Positions 8,248 to 17,694 of a stretch of DNA of 25,024 nt are shown piece after piece. How positions within the stretch are numbered: position 1 is the stretch's first letter; the number at the start of each line of letters is the position of its first letter. The notes under the pieces are model-generated. The model did not search any database. It had not been told where the DNA came from and saw only the letters and a program-made list of their open reading frames with translations. The stretch is taken from NCBI GenBank assembly GCA_050173015.1, contig JBFXLE010000039.1:1-25024 (forward strand). Reading direction: 5' to 3'. The DNA comes from Calditrichaceae bacterium (GTDB lineage Bacteria; Calditrichota; Calditrichia; Calditrichales; JBFXGD01). The translations under genes were made by a program, and so were the position numbers.

Positions 8248-9777
8248 ATGAAATTGTTACTGATACGTCGAATAAGATTCCTGTTCATCCTCTTCTATTT
8301 AATTATTACGATGACTGTCGCGGGTTGCAGTTCAGCAAAAAACAATGATAATATTGCGCAGATCAATGATTTTGGGATTACTATCGCCGAGTTTCAGGAT
8401 CGGTTAAACTACAATCCCTATTTACGGGCCATCGAAGACGTTAATGTAGTAAAAAAAATAGTCCTGTCATCGCTGATTGCTGAAAAAATTCTCAGCCTGG
8501 AAAATGAAGAAACATCCGGCGTGAGTGAAAATGTCAATCTGTTGATTCGCCAACATTTAAGAGAAGCAATGATCGAACAATTCAGACGTGACTCGGTTGA
8601 AAGCGCGATTAAGATTTCGGATGCTGAGCTTCAGCATGAATATCAAAAAGCAATTCGGGAAATAGATATTCATTATATCGCTTTTGATTCGCTGAATGAC
8701 GCGTTGAAAGTCAAGTCCAAAATCGACTCGGGCCGCACATATGAATCTGTTGTAAAAGCCTATATGAAGAATAGGGGATGGGGTGATGAACCTATTCCTT
8801 ATAAAAAAATTCGATGGGCAAATGAAGATTATGACCTTGAAGAAAAGATATATCAACTTAAACCTAATGAAATCAGCAATATTATCAAAGCTCATGGTGA
8901 ATACTACCTTATAAAGATTGATAATATAAAAATAATCGAAAAACTATCTTCCAAAGATTATAAAAATAGACTTCCCGCCCTAGAAGACCGCATTCTTCGA
9001 AATAAAATTAAAAAACAGTACAGAGTAGTATATCATCGCACTATCCAAAAAGAAGCGGGTGAAGTCGAGTGGGATAAGCTGAAAGAAGCCGCCAAATTAG
9101 TCTCTGATGAAATAGAATTCAGTCAAAATGATCCCGCGCAAACGGGTCCGGTGGCGTATAAGCCTTTACCTGAAAATATTTATTTGAACCGGCAGGCCAT
9201 TTTAAATGATCTGAAAAATAATACCGCGGTTAATTTTCCTGATGGATCAACCTGGACTTTTCAGGAATTAATGGTTCAGCTAAAGTATGGACCATACGCA
9301 TTTGATTTCAGCAACAGCGGATCATTTATACATTCTTTTATTCAGAATGTCAGGTTGTTAATGGAGCACGAAGCTATCTATAAGCTGGCCCAAAAGAAAG
9401 GATATGAACATAATAAGCTGGTGCAGGATGAATATAAAATGTGGAAGTCTTATTATCAGGCCAACTCATTCCGGCACAATCTGCTGAGTGAATTAGATGC
9501 AAAATTAGCTGAAAAAAATATGCATGGTAAAGATCAATCCATTGAGGAACAACGGCTGGAATATTTTGATGCCAGATTGACGGCTTATGCGGAGAATTAT
9601 AAAATAGTAATATATAAAGCGGTTTATGACACGGTTTCATTAAATAAATTGGATATGGTTGTAAGAAAATCACATTTTGCCAATCGGTTGGTTTCACCCC
9701 GCCTGGAACCACTGATAGGATTACCATTCTGGCAGAAAAAGATAGATTCTTTGTTCAGGCGGTATGAGATTAACTGA
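8248..9777 (+). CDS. PrsA/SurA-like (PpiC parvulin-domain) lipoprotein chaperone
   Basis: Lipobox TVAG-C; IAQINDFGITIAEF N-domain; ISDAELQHEY; parvulin-like IHYIAFDSLNDA...IDSGRTYE and LKPNEISNIIKAHGEYYLIKI. Confidence 0.78.
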   Translation: MKLLLIRRIRFLFILFYLIITMTVAGCSSAKNNDNIAQINDFGITIAEFQDRLNYNPYLRAIEDVNVVKKIVLSSLIAEKILSLENEETSGVSENVNLLIRQHLREAMIEQFRRDSVESAIKISDAELQHEYQKAIREIDIHYIAFDSLNDALKVKSKIDSGRTYESVVKAYMKNRGWGDEPIPYKKIRWANEDYDLEEKIYQLKPNEISNIIKAHGEYYLIKIDNIKIIEKLSSKDYKNRLPALEDRILRNKIKKQYRVVYHRTIQKEAGEVEWDKLKEAAKLVSDEIEFSQNDPAQTGPVAYKPLPENIYLNRQAILNDLKNNTAVNFPDGSTWTFQELMVQLKYGPYAFDFSNSGSFIHSFIQNVRLLMEHEAIYKLAQKKGYEHNKLVQDEYKMWKSYYQANSFRHNLLSELDAKLAEKNMHGKDQSIEEQRLEYFDARLTAYAENYKIVIYKAVYDTVSLNKLDMVVRKSHFANRLVSPRLEPLIGLPFWQKKIDSLFRRYEIN

Positions 9778-9856
9778 TGGGGTATCATCCCGATCGGTGA
9801 TTGTTGAAAATAATGAAAGTGATCAATTCTTTTCCGATAGTTTAAGGAGGAATGTA

Positions 9857-12631
9857 ATGCGAAGGGGTATTTTACTCTTTGTTACAGTTTTATTGTTGAT
9901 ATCGGCTATAAACGCTTTTGCCGGAACAACTGGTAAGATTTCAGGTCAAATTCTGGATGAAAGCACGGGTGATCCCTTGATAGGTGCCAATATTGTTATT
10001 ATGGGCACGACAATGGGCGCTTCAACAGACTTGGACGGTTACTACGCTATATTAAATATCCCACCGGGTGTATATACACTTCAGGCGATGTATATAGGCT
10101 ACAACACAAAGGAAATTTCAGACGTCCGTGTTTCGATAGATTTAACGACAAAAATAGACGTTAAGTTGGCGGAAACGACTCTGGATGCGACTGAAATGGT
10201 TACAGTGGTGGCGGAACGTCCGGCCATCAAAAAAGATCTTACCGCTACGACATCGGTCGTCGGAGACAAAGAAATCGATGCTTTGCCGGTTACTGAAATC
10301 AATGAAATTCTTGAGCTTCAGGCGGGTTATGTTGACGGACATATGCGTGGCGGCCGGTCCGGGGAGGTCGCTTACTGGATTGACGGCATCCCTGTGACAG
10401 ATTCATATGACGGGGAGACAGTTGTCGATGTTAATAAAAACATGGTGCAGGAACTACAAGTGGTGAGCGGCGCTTTTAACGCGGAGTATGGTAACGCGAT
10501 GAGCGGTATTGTCAATGTTGTTACAAAAGGAGGTTCGAACGATTTTGGTGGAAGCATGACCGCGTATATAGGAGACAATCTGAGCTCTCATGACGATATA
10601 TTTATGAATATCAGCGATTTTAATCCCGCGTCAACCTATAATTTCGAAGGTAGTTTAAATGGCGCGATAGTGAAGGACAAGGTCTTTTATTATGTTAATG
10701 CCCGGCACATCTATTTCCATGGCTGGAATGAAGGGAAAGATGTTTATGATCCAAATAATGTCGCGTTTTTTGATGATACAACAGGAACGTGGATACCAAA
10801 CAGGGATGATTCCGGAAAAGGTGAAGGTGATTATGTTCCAATGAATTGGAACCGGAAAAATTACGCGCAGGCTAAATTAATCTTTAAGCCGATGGCTACA
10901 ATCAATTTGCTTTCAAACACCATTTATGATCAGGTTGATTACCAGGATTATGACCGGAATTATAAATATAATCCCGGAGGCGATCTCAATCGCTATCGCA
11001 CCGGATTTACACAAATGTTTAAGATGACGCACACACTGGCGCCAACAACATTTTATGATCTGGGCGTGACTTATTTTATGAAAGAGTACAAGCACTATGC
11101 TTATGAAGATCCCTATGATCCCCGATATGTTCACCCGGATCTTGGCTCTCAGCTGGCATATAGTTTTAAAACCGGTGGCACGAATAACAGTCGTTTTAAA
11201 AGGGAGACATATTCGGTATTAACGAAATTTGATATAACGAGTCAGGTCTCACGCACGCACCAGGTAAAAGCAGGGTTAGAATACAGAAATGACCATTTAA
11301 AATTCCAGGATATCACACTTCAGCCGGTCAATGAAGATTTGTCGTTTGATAAATATCTGAGTTCACCATACATCAGAACGGAAATACCCGCCGATAGTTC
11401 AATTTATGCGGCGCGCTATGATTATAAACCGATTGACGCGTCTGTTTATCTTCAAGATAAGATGGAGTTTAAAGACTTTATTCTCAATATTGGTGTTCGG
11501 TTTGATTATTTTGATCCGGATGGCCAGGTCCTCGCGGATCCAACTGACCCGGAACTCTATGATCCTGTTCGCCCCGAGAACCGTTATCATGATCTCAATG
11601 AAAACGGAGTTCAGGACGCGGGTGAGCCAAATGTAACCGTAGAGGAGAGAAGATCATACTGGTATAAAGACGCGGAGGCAAAATTCCAGATCAGTCCGCG
11701 AATTGGAGCGGCATTCCCGGTATCTGAAGGCGGAAAAGTTTATTTTTCCTATGGATATTTTTTCCAGCGGCCCAAATATGAACTTCTATATACAAATCCC
11801 GATTATGATTTGCCAATCGGAGGGTCAGCGGTTGTCGGAAACGCGGATCTCGAACCCGAAAAAACAATTCAGGGGGAGATCGGTATTCAGCAGCAGATTA
11901 CAGACGATATTACTGTAGATGCCACAATATTCTTTCGTGATGTTCGTGACCTGACCGGAACAACAGCTGAACAGATTACGGTCTTTGGAACAGGGCAAAC
12001 ATACAGTAAATATGTAAACAGCGATTTTGGATTGATAAAAGGATTTATTGTTGCTTTCAATAAAAGATTCTCGGCAGGACTCAGCGCTCGTCTCGACTAT
12101 ACGTATCAGATAGCGGATGGAACCGCATCGGATCCGCAGGATGCGTATAAACTGATAGAGGGCAATAGTGAGCCGGAAGTACAATTGAAGCCATTGGATT
12201 GGGATCAGCGACATACCATCAATGCTTCTGTTAACTATTCAAAACAGAGCTGGGGAGTCAGTTTTATCGGTCAGTATGGAAGCGGACTGCCCTACACGCC
12301 AAGAAAAACGGTTGACATTTCTTCGATTTCAACAAATAACGGCACAAAACCCGCCACATATAATATTGATTTGAAGGCATATAAAGATTTTATGATCAGC
12401 GATTATCGTTTCACGGCATTTTTGCGTGTCTTTAATCTTCTTGATCAGCTTAACGAAATTGAAGTATACGATGATACCGGTAGGGCTGGTCAGACAATAG
12501 ATGAAGTCACTGCGAGGGAAACACTTGGAAGTGACGATACAGTCGTAAATTCTTTGGATGATTGGTTCACAGATGAGACACATTATAACGAACCGCGAAG
12601 AGTTGAGTTTGGTTTAACTTTCAATTTTTAG
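9857..12631 (+). CDS. TonB-dependent outer-membrane receptor with N-terminal CarboxypepD_reg-like domain
   Basis: Signal peptide then AGTTGKISGQILD..TGDPLIGANI; plug motifs HMRGGRSGEVAYWIDGIPV and SGAFNAEYGNAMSGIVNVVTK; GNADLEPEKT; C-terminal PRRVEFGLTFNF. ATG 9857 follows AAGGAGG (the ORF-track start 9764 overlaps the upstream gene). Confidence 0.95.
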   Translation: MRRGILLFVTVLLLISAINAFAGTTGKISGQILDESTGDPLIGANIVIMGTTMGASTDLDGYYAILNIPPGVYTLQAMYIGYNTKEISDVRVSIDLTTKIDVKLAETTLDATEMVTVVAERPAIKKDLTATTSVVGDKEIDALPVTEINEILELQAGYVDGHMRGGRSGEVAYWIDGIPVTDSYDGETVVDVNKNMVQELQVVSGAFNAEYGNAMSGIVNVVTKGGSNDFGGSMTAYIGDNLSSHDDIFMNISDFNPASTYNFEGSLNGAIVKDKVFYYVNARHIYFHGWNEGKDVYDPNNVAFFDDTTGTWIPNRDDSGKGEGDYVPMNWNRKNYAQAKLIFKPMATINLLSNTIYDQVDYQDYDRNYKYNPGGDLNRYRTGFTQMFKMTHTLAPTTFYDLGVTYFMKEYKHYAYEDPYDPRYVHPDLGSQLAYSFKTGGTNNSRFKRETYSVLTKFDITSQVSRTHQVKAGLEYRNDHLKFQDITLQPVNEDLSFDKYLSSPYIRTEIPADSSIYAARYDYKPIDASVYLQDKMEFKDFILNIGVRFDYFDPDGQVLADPTDPELYDPVRPENRYHDLNENGVQDAGEPNVTVEERRSYWYKDAEAKFQISPRIGAAFPVSEGGKVYFSYGYFFQRPKYELLYTNPDYDLPIGGSAVVGNADLEPEKTIQGEIGIQQQITDDITVDATIFFRDVRDLTGTTAEQITVFGTGQTYSKYVNSDFGLIKGFIVAFNKRFSAGLSARLDYTYQIADGTASDPQDAYKLIEGNSEPEVQLKPLDWDQRHTINASVNYSKQSWGVSFIGQYGSGLPYTPRKTVDISSISTNNGTKPATYNIDLKAYKDFMISDYRFTAFLRVFNLLDQLNEIEVYDDTGRAGQTIDEVTARETLGSDDTVVNSLDDWFTDETHYNEPRRVEFGLTFNF

Positions 12632-12658
12632 GGAAGATTTAAGACGAGGAATGTAATA

Positions 12659-15600
12659 ATGAGAAAAATTACGGTATTTCTGTTCATAATTTTGATGCTT
12701 ACAGATCTTTGGGCACAGAGCGGAAAGCAGTATCGCCGGTACAATATTATGAATAAGAATCTGGTTAGTACAGTATATACAAACGGCGGTGTTATCGGGC
12801 ACCCGGTTGATAAGGGACCCCGCGGTGCATGGCTGAATGATAACAACGGTTACCTTGGGGATGTGAGCCCTTTCGTAGGTGCCGAAATTCCTTATAAAGT
12901 TAATCCGGACAGTACTTTCTATTTTCATTCGGTAACTTACTGTCTGGCCGATAAACGGCCGAATCGCCAGGAAAATTCATCAACAGGTGATTTTTGGGGC
13001 TTTGAACCAAAGCGAGGCTATTTTAATGAAACAAAAGAAGGCCCGGCTGTAGCTTTGTTCACAAATCCATCTACCTGGCCGCAGCAGTGGCCTGATCGTC
13101 TGGACGATGTCATCGATCCGGGCTGGGCAGGTAAGTGGAATGGATATTTTGGTAAAGGTATATCTAACGCCACAGAAGAAACTTATTTTGCAATGGACGA
13201 TAATGCGGATGCGGAATTTAACTTCGCCGCAAATAATAAATTCAGGTTTGATTTTAAACCGGATTCCTTAAATACCGCCCGGAGCGGCATGGCGCTGGAA
13301 ATGAAGGTCAGGGCACTGCAATGGCGGCAATTTCTTGCTCAGGACTGCATCTTTTGGTTGTATGAAATTACCAATGAGGGAACTACAGACTATAATAAAA
13401 CAACATTCGGAATGCTTGTAGGTACATATATCGGTGTTACGTCAACTGAGGATGTAAAGGAATATGATGATGACTGGTCGTTCTTTGATGCGGAACTCGA
13501 TATAACATACACAGGAGATTTTCCGGATAATAATGACCGGAATCCGCTGTGGGACGGGCCTGTGGGAATGGTTGGATATGCTTTTCTCGAAAGTCCCGGG
13601 AATGCTTTTGACGGTATAGATAATGATAATGATGCGGATGAAAATGGAGTCTTTACAAATGCATCGTTTTTTGCGCCTGCTGATTTCGACAGCATTCTGA
13701 TTAAGCTGAATGATAAGGTTGTTCTAATAGATAAGGACTTTAACCGAACAATTGTTACAATCACGGCAGAAACAACCCTGGTCAGTATGGGTAAAAGCTA
13801 CCATATTATCCCCGGCGTTACAAAGCTTGTGGAAGGCAATGTCCTTTTGGATAAAAATAATCGCCAGATCGTAAACAGAAACGCGATTGATGGCATTGAT
13901 AATGATCTTGACGGATTGATTGACGAGAATTATTTCCTCCATTATCGCCAAAGAAGACAAGATCCTGCGACAGGACAAATATTAATCGATAAACTTCGTC
14001 CGTTGCGTTTTGTAAATTACAAATCCGGTCAGGGAATGAATGACAATATGATTGACGAATCACGAAGTGACGGTATTGATAATAATGATGACTGGAATTC
14101 CGAAACAGATGATGTGGGCTTGGACGGGCTTGCGGATACTGGAGACCGTGGTGAAAATGACGGGCTTCCAACCTCAGGCGCCGGTACAGGGCTGCCCGGT
14201 GAGCCAAATATTGATATCACTGATGTGAGGGAATCTGATCAGATTGGCCTAACCAGCTTTGATTATTTTACAAATGCGCAGGCTCCGACAACTCTGTTGA
14301 CAGATGATGAAGTCTGGTGGACAAGAGTTGAGCCCGGCGATTTTGACGTACCCAGTTCAATCGTGAATAATGAACCGGTTCAGGGTGAAGACGGAGACTT
14401 TTTCTATGCCAGCGGTTATTTTCCTCTGCTTGCAAAGAGAACAGAACGATTCTCACTTGCTCTGGTTTATGGCGGAGGTCGTGGGGGGCGTGAAGCGGAT
14501 AAGGAAAATCTCCTGAAAAATCGTACGACAGTCCAGGAGATTTATGATTCAAACTATCAGTTCCCGAAAGAGCCCGATACACCAAATCTGACTGTAGAAG
14601 TCGGTGATGGAAAGGTGGTTTTGTATTGGGATAGAATATCAGAATCTTCATTTGATCCGGTATTGAGAGAATTTGATTTTGAAGGATACCGTCTTTATAA
14701 ATCGACGGACCCAAATTTTGAGGATGCTTTTACTGTTACGGATGCAGATGGCAGGGCGCGCGGTTATAAACCAATCCAGCAATGGGATCTGGTCAATGAC
14801 ATAAAGGGGATTTTTGTCGGTTCTGCCGATTTAATGAATAGTGCCAACGGATATTCATGGAATCTGGGAAATGATACCGGATTGAGACATTATTTTATTG
14901 ATACGGATGTGGAAAACGGCCGTACATACTATTATGCATTGACTGCCTATGACAGAGGTGAAGCCGAGAGAGACATCTTCCCGTCTGAAAGCCCGTTTTT
15001 GGTGACGGTTCTCCCAAGCGGTACAGTTGAAACAGGGCAGAATACGGTGAAAGTCGTGCCTGGAACCAATGTCGCGGGATATACAGCGCCATCAATGGAA
15101 GGCGATCTTGATCATCTCGCTGGTCCATCCAACGGTAAAGTGTCCTACCAGGTTGTTGATGAAAAAGCGCTTAATAATAATTCATATATGGTTGAGTTCC
15201 TTGACACAGGTACGGATGGACTGGATAATGACGGAGACTGGAATGTCTTAACGGATGATCTGAACGGGAATGGCAAACCGGATTCAAATGAACCCAGAAT
15301 GGATAAAAATGACCCGGATGAATTCTGGCCTGTAAAAACCTCTTACTATACCGTAAGAGATATGTCTGATTATTCGGAAGAAATATTCGTTGATGACACA
15401 ATTTTTGTGGAATTAAGCAGACAGAATCTGGCTCCTGAATCAATTGTGATCAAAAAGATGGATGGCACGGTGCTCAGTCCCATCGCATATGAAATTAAAT
15501 ATGCCACCGGTGAAATTCGTCCAAATCCGGATGATCCGAACTCCGAAATGGCGCCAAACACAAATTATATTATTGAATACCAATATTATCCGGTTTATAA

Positions 15601-16561
15601 AAGTGTAAATATCGGAGAAATCCAGACGGATCAGGCCGATGAAGTAGTTTTTGATACGGACATTTTTGATGGTGTTCAACTGTCCTTTATAAATTATTCA
15701 TCCATTAATCTTATCGCTTCACAATCAGGATGGAATGTACCGCAGGCATATACTTTTACTCTGGGAGCGGAAGGAATCGATTTTACCGGTGACGCGAAAC
15801 CTGATCTGATCGGAAGAAGAACTCCTCATAATTTTAAGCTGATATTTTCCGACTCGGTCGTTTATAATTCGCTGGATACGACAGTATTTGGAGTAAATCT
15901 GCAAAGTTATCCGATGAACTTTAAGATTATGAATACCACACTAAACAAACAGGTTGAATTTGTATATGGTCCATTCAGCCCTTCAGTCTCTCCCAACGGA
16001 TATTATAAACTCAGTCCGAAGGATTTAATCCTTTTGTTTGAATCCGGTCCTGAAAGTAATAATTATTTTACATATCTCTTAGAGATCGGAGCGATTAAAG
16101 GACAGCCAAGTACGACATTAATGACGACAGGTACCGGTGTTGAATTAACGCTTAATTCCACACTTCCATTTCGAACTGGGGATAAGTTTACATTCACCGC
16201 CGAACGGCCGGTAATTGATGCTGCTAAGGCAAAAGCAGAATTGAGTCAGATAAGAGTGGTTCCAAACCCTTACGTTGTAGCCCATGAGCATGAAGCGCCG
16301 CTTCCTCCACTGATAACGAGCGGGCGCGGGGAGAGAAAAGTCACATTCACGCATTTACCGGCGGATTCAAAAATAACGATTTTCACGGCACGCGGTGAGC
16401 ATGTTGTGACTATAAGTCCGGATAGCCAAAGTTTATTTAACGGCACGGCTGACTGGAATCTCAAAAACAAGGAGAATCTCGATATCGCCTTTGGAGTTTA
16501 CTTCTATGTAGTAGAATCCCCTGTTGGTGAAAAACGAGGTAAACTGGCCATTATTAAATAA
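12659..16561 (+). CDS. Large secreted/surface protein (1300 aa) with Asp-rich Ca-binding-type motifs, an Fn3-like segment and an atypical T9SS-like C-terminal domain
   Basis: Sec signal peptide; four DG(I/L)DN(D/N) motifs; Fn3-like PNLTVEVGDGKVVLYWD...FEGYRLYKS...NGRTYYYALTAYD; C-terminus IRVVPNPY...WNL...GVYFYVV...GKLAIIK. Confidence 0.8.
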   Translation: MRKITVFLFIILMLTDLWAQSGKQYRRYNIMNKNLVSTVYTNGGVIGHPVDKGPRGAWLNDNNGYLGDVSPFVGAEIPYKVNPDSTFYFHSVTYCLADKRPNRQENSSTGDFWGFEPKRGYFNETKEGPAVALFTNPSTWPQQWPDRLDDVIDPGWAGKWNGYFGKGISNATEETYFAMDDNADAEFNFAANNKFRFDFKPDSLNTARSGMALEMKVRALQWRQFLAQDCIFWLYEITNEGTTDYNKTTFGMLVGTYIGVTSTEDVKEYDDDWSFFDAELDITYTGDFPDNNDRNPLWDGPVGMVGYAFLESPGNAFDGIDNDNDADENGVFTNASFFAPADFDSILIKLNDKVVLIDKDFNRTIVTITAETTLVSMGKSYHIIPGVTKLVEGNVLLDKNNRQIVNRNAIDGIDNDLDGLIDENYFLHYRQRRQDPATGQILIDKLRPLRFVNYKSGQGMNDNMIDESRSDGIDNNDDWNSETDDVGLDGLADTGDRGENDGLPTSGAGTGLPGEPNIDITDVRESDQIGLTSFDYFTNAQAPTTLLTDDEVWWTRVEPGDFDVPSSIVNNEPVQGEDGDFFYASGYFPLLAKRTERFSLALVYGGGRGGREADKENLLKNRTTVQEIYDSNYQFPKEPDTPNLTVEVGDGKVVLYWDRISESSFDPVLREFDFEGYRLYKSTDPNFEDAFTVTDADGRARGYKPIQQWDLVNDIKGIFVGSADLMNSANGYSWNLGNDTGLRHYFIDTDVENGRTYYYALTAYDRGEAERDIFPSESPFLVTVLPSGTVETGQNTVKVVPGTNVAGYTAPSMEGDLDHLAGPSNGKVSYQVVDEKALNNNSYMVEFLDTGTDGLDNDGDWNVLTDDLNGNGKPDSNEPRMDKNDPDEFWPVKTSYYTVRDMSDYSEEIFVDDTIFVELSRQNLAPESIVIKKMDGTVLSPIAYEIKYATGEIRPNPDDPNSEMAPNTNYIIEYQYYPVYKSVNIGEIQTDQADEVVFDTDIFDGVQLSFINYSSINLIASQSGWNVPQAYTFTLGAEGIDFTGDAKPDLIGRRTPHNFKLIFSDSVVYNSLDTTVFGVNLQSYPMNFKIMNTTLNKQVEFVYGPFSPSVSPNGYYKLSPKDLILLFESGPESNNYFTYLLEIGAIKGQPSTTLMTTGTGVELTLNSTLPFRTGDKFTFTAERPVIDAAKAKAELSQIRVVPNPYVVAHEHEAPLPPLITSGRGERKVTFTHLPADSKITIFTARGEHVVTISPDSQSLFNGTADWNLKNKENLDIAFGVYFYVVESPVGEKRGKLAIIK

Positions 16562-16637
16562 GAATTATAAATGATTGTCTATCAAAAAATGATAACCTTT
16601 AAGGTGACCAATTGGATAAATTGAGTTGAGGTTGAAG

Positions 16638-17660
16638 ATGAAATTTAAATTTAGATCGCTTGTTCTGGCAATAACAATACAATTTTTGATATTTAGTTTT
16701 GGTTTCGCCCAGAATAAGGTCGGTACAACCGCGGCACCGTTTCTGGGTATTGCTGTCGGCCCACGCGCTCAGGCAATGGGTGGAGCTTATGTGGCGTTAG
16801 CAAACGATGTGACGGCCGCATATTGGAATCCGGGCGCCATCGCCGGTATTAGTGAAAATCAGGTGATGATTTCACATACCACATGGTTTCTTGGTACTGA
16901 TTTTAACTGGATTGGAGCCACTTTTAATCTGGGCAGCGGAAATGCCGTAGCCATCAGCATAACACAGCTGGATTATGGCGAGGAGGAAATCACAACGACA
17001 ACAGAGCAAGAGGGTACCGGAAGATATTGGGATGCTCAGGATATATCCGCGTCAGTGAGCTATTCAAGGGCGTTAACGGATCGTTTTTCTCTAGGCGGTA
17101 GTTTAAAGTACATCGGACAAAATATTTGGAATGAATCGGCAAGCGCCGTCGCGGTGGATGTAGGCTTATTGTTCGTCACTGGTTTTAATGACATGCGTCT
17201 GGGTATGAGCATCTCGAACTATGGAACAGAAATGAGGATGGATGGGGATGATCTTTTAAGACAAATCGATCTTGATTCCGAAAACAGCGGTAACAATGAA
17301 ACGCTTGTCGCGCGGCTCAAGACGGAAGATTATCCGCTACCGATCTTTTTCAGGATCGGTGTGGCATATGATTTAATAAACACGGAGATGAACCGGGTAA
17401 CTTTGGCCGCTGACGCTTTGCACCCGACAGATAATGTGGAATCGGTAAATGTCGGCGCAGAATACAGCTGGAAAAACATGGTTGCGTTAAGGGCCGGTTA
17501 TAAATCTTTGTTTCAGGAAGATACGGAGGAAGGATTAACATTCGGAGCCGGTCTGCAATATCGCATGGCGGGGATTGGGCAAGTTTCCCTGGACTACGCA
17601 TTTGCAACCTACGGGATTCTGGATGATATACAAACGTTTGCATTATCAATTGCGTTTTAA
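16638..17660 (+). CDS. PorV/PorQ-like (UPF0164, FadL-type) outer-membrane beta-barrel
   Basis: GTTAAPFLGIAVGPRAQAMGGAYVALANDVTAAYWNPG N-terminal signature, amphipathic strands, ALRAGY and terminal Phe. ATG 16638 follows GAGGT. Confidence 0.85.
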   Translation: MKFKFRSLVLAITIQFLIFSFGFAQNKVGTTAAPFLGIAVGPRAQAMGGAYVALANDVTAAYWNPGAIAGISENQVMISHTTWFLGTDFNWIGATFNLGSGNAVAISITQLDYGEEEITTTTEQEGTGRYWDAQDISASVSYSRALTDRFSLGGSLKYIGQNIWNESASAVAVDVGLLFVTGFNDMRLGMSISNYGTEMRMDGDDLLRQIDLDSENSGNNETLVARLKTEDYPLPIFFRIGVAYDLINTEMNRVTLAADALHPTDNVESVNVGAEYSWKNMVALRAGYKSLFQEDTEEGLTFGAGLQYRMAGIGQVSLDYAFATYGILDDIQTFALSIAF

Positions 17661-17694
17661 CAAACCACTAAACCATAACTAATTGGAGGACTTC

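Noticed and set aside
9764-9856. N-terminal extension of the TonB receptor in the ORF track
   Set aside because: ATG 9857 has a strong AAGGAGG and begins a proper signal peptide. The same reasoning was applied to track starts 16626, 17683 and 23952.
12659-16561. Calling the 1300-aa protein SusD or a glycoside hydrolase
   Set aside because: It has no lipobox cysteine or SusD/TPR-like features, and no catalytic GH motif was recognised.
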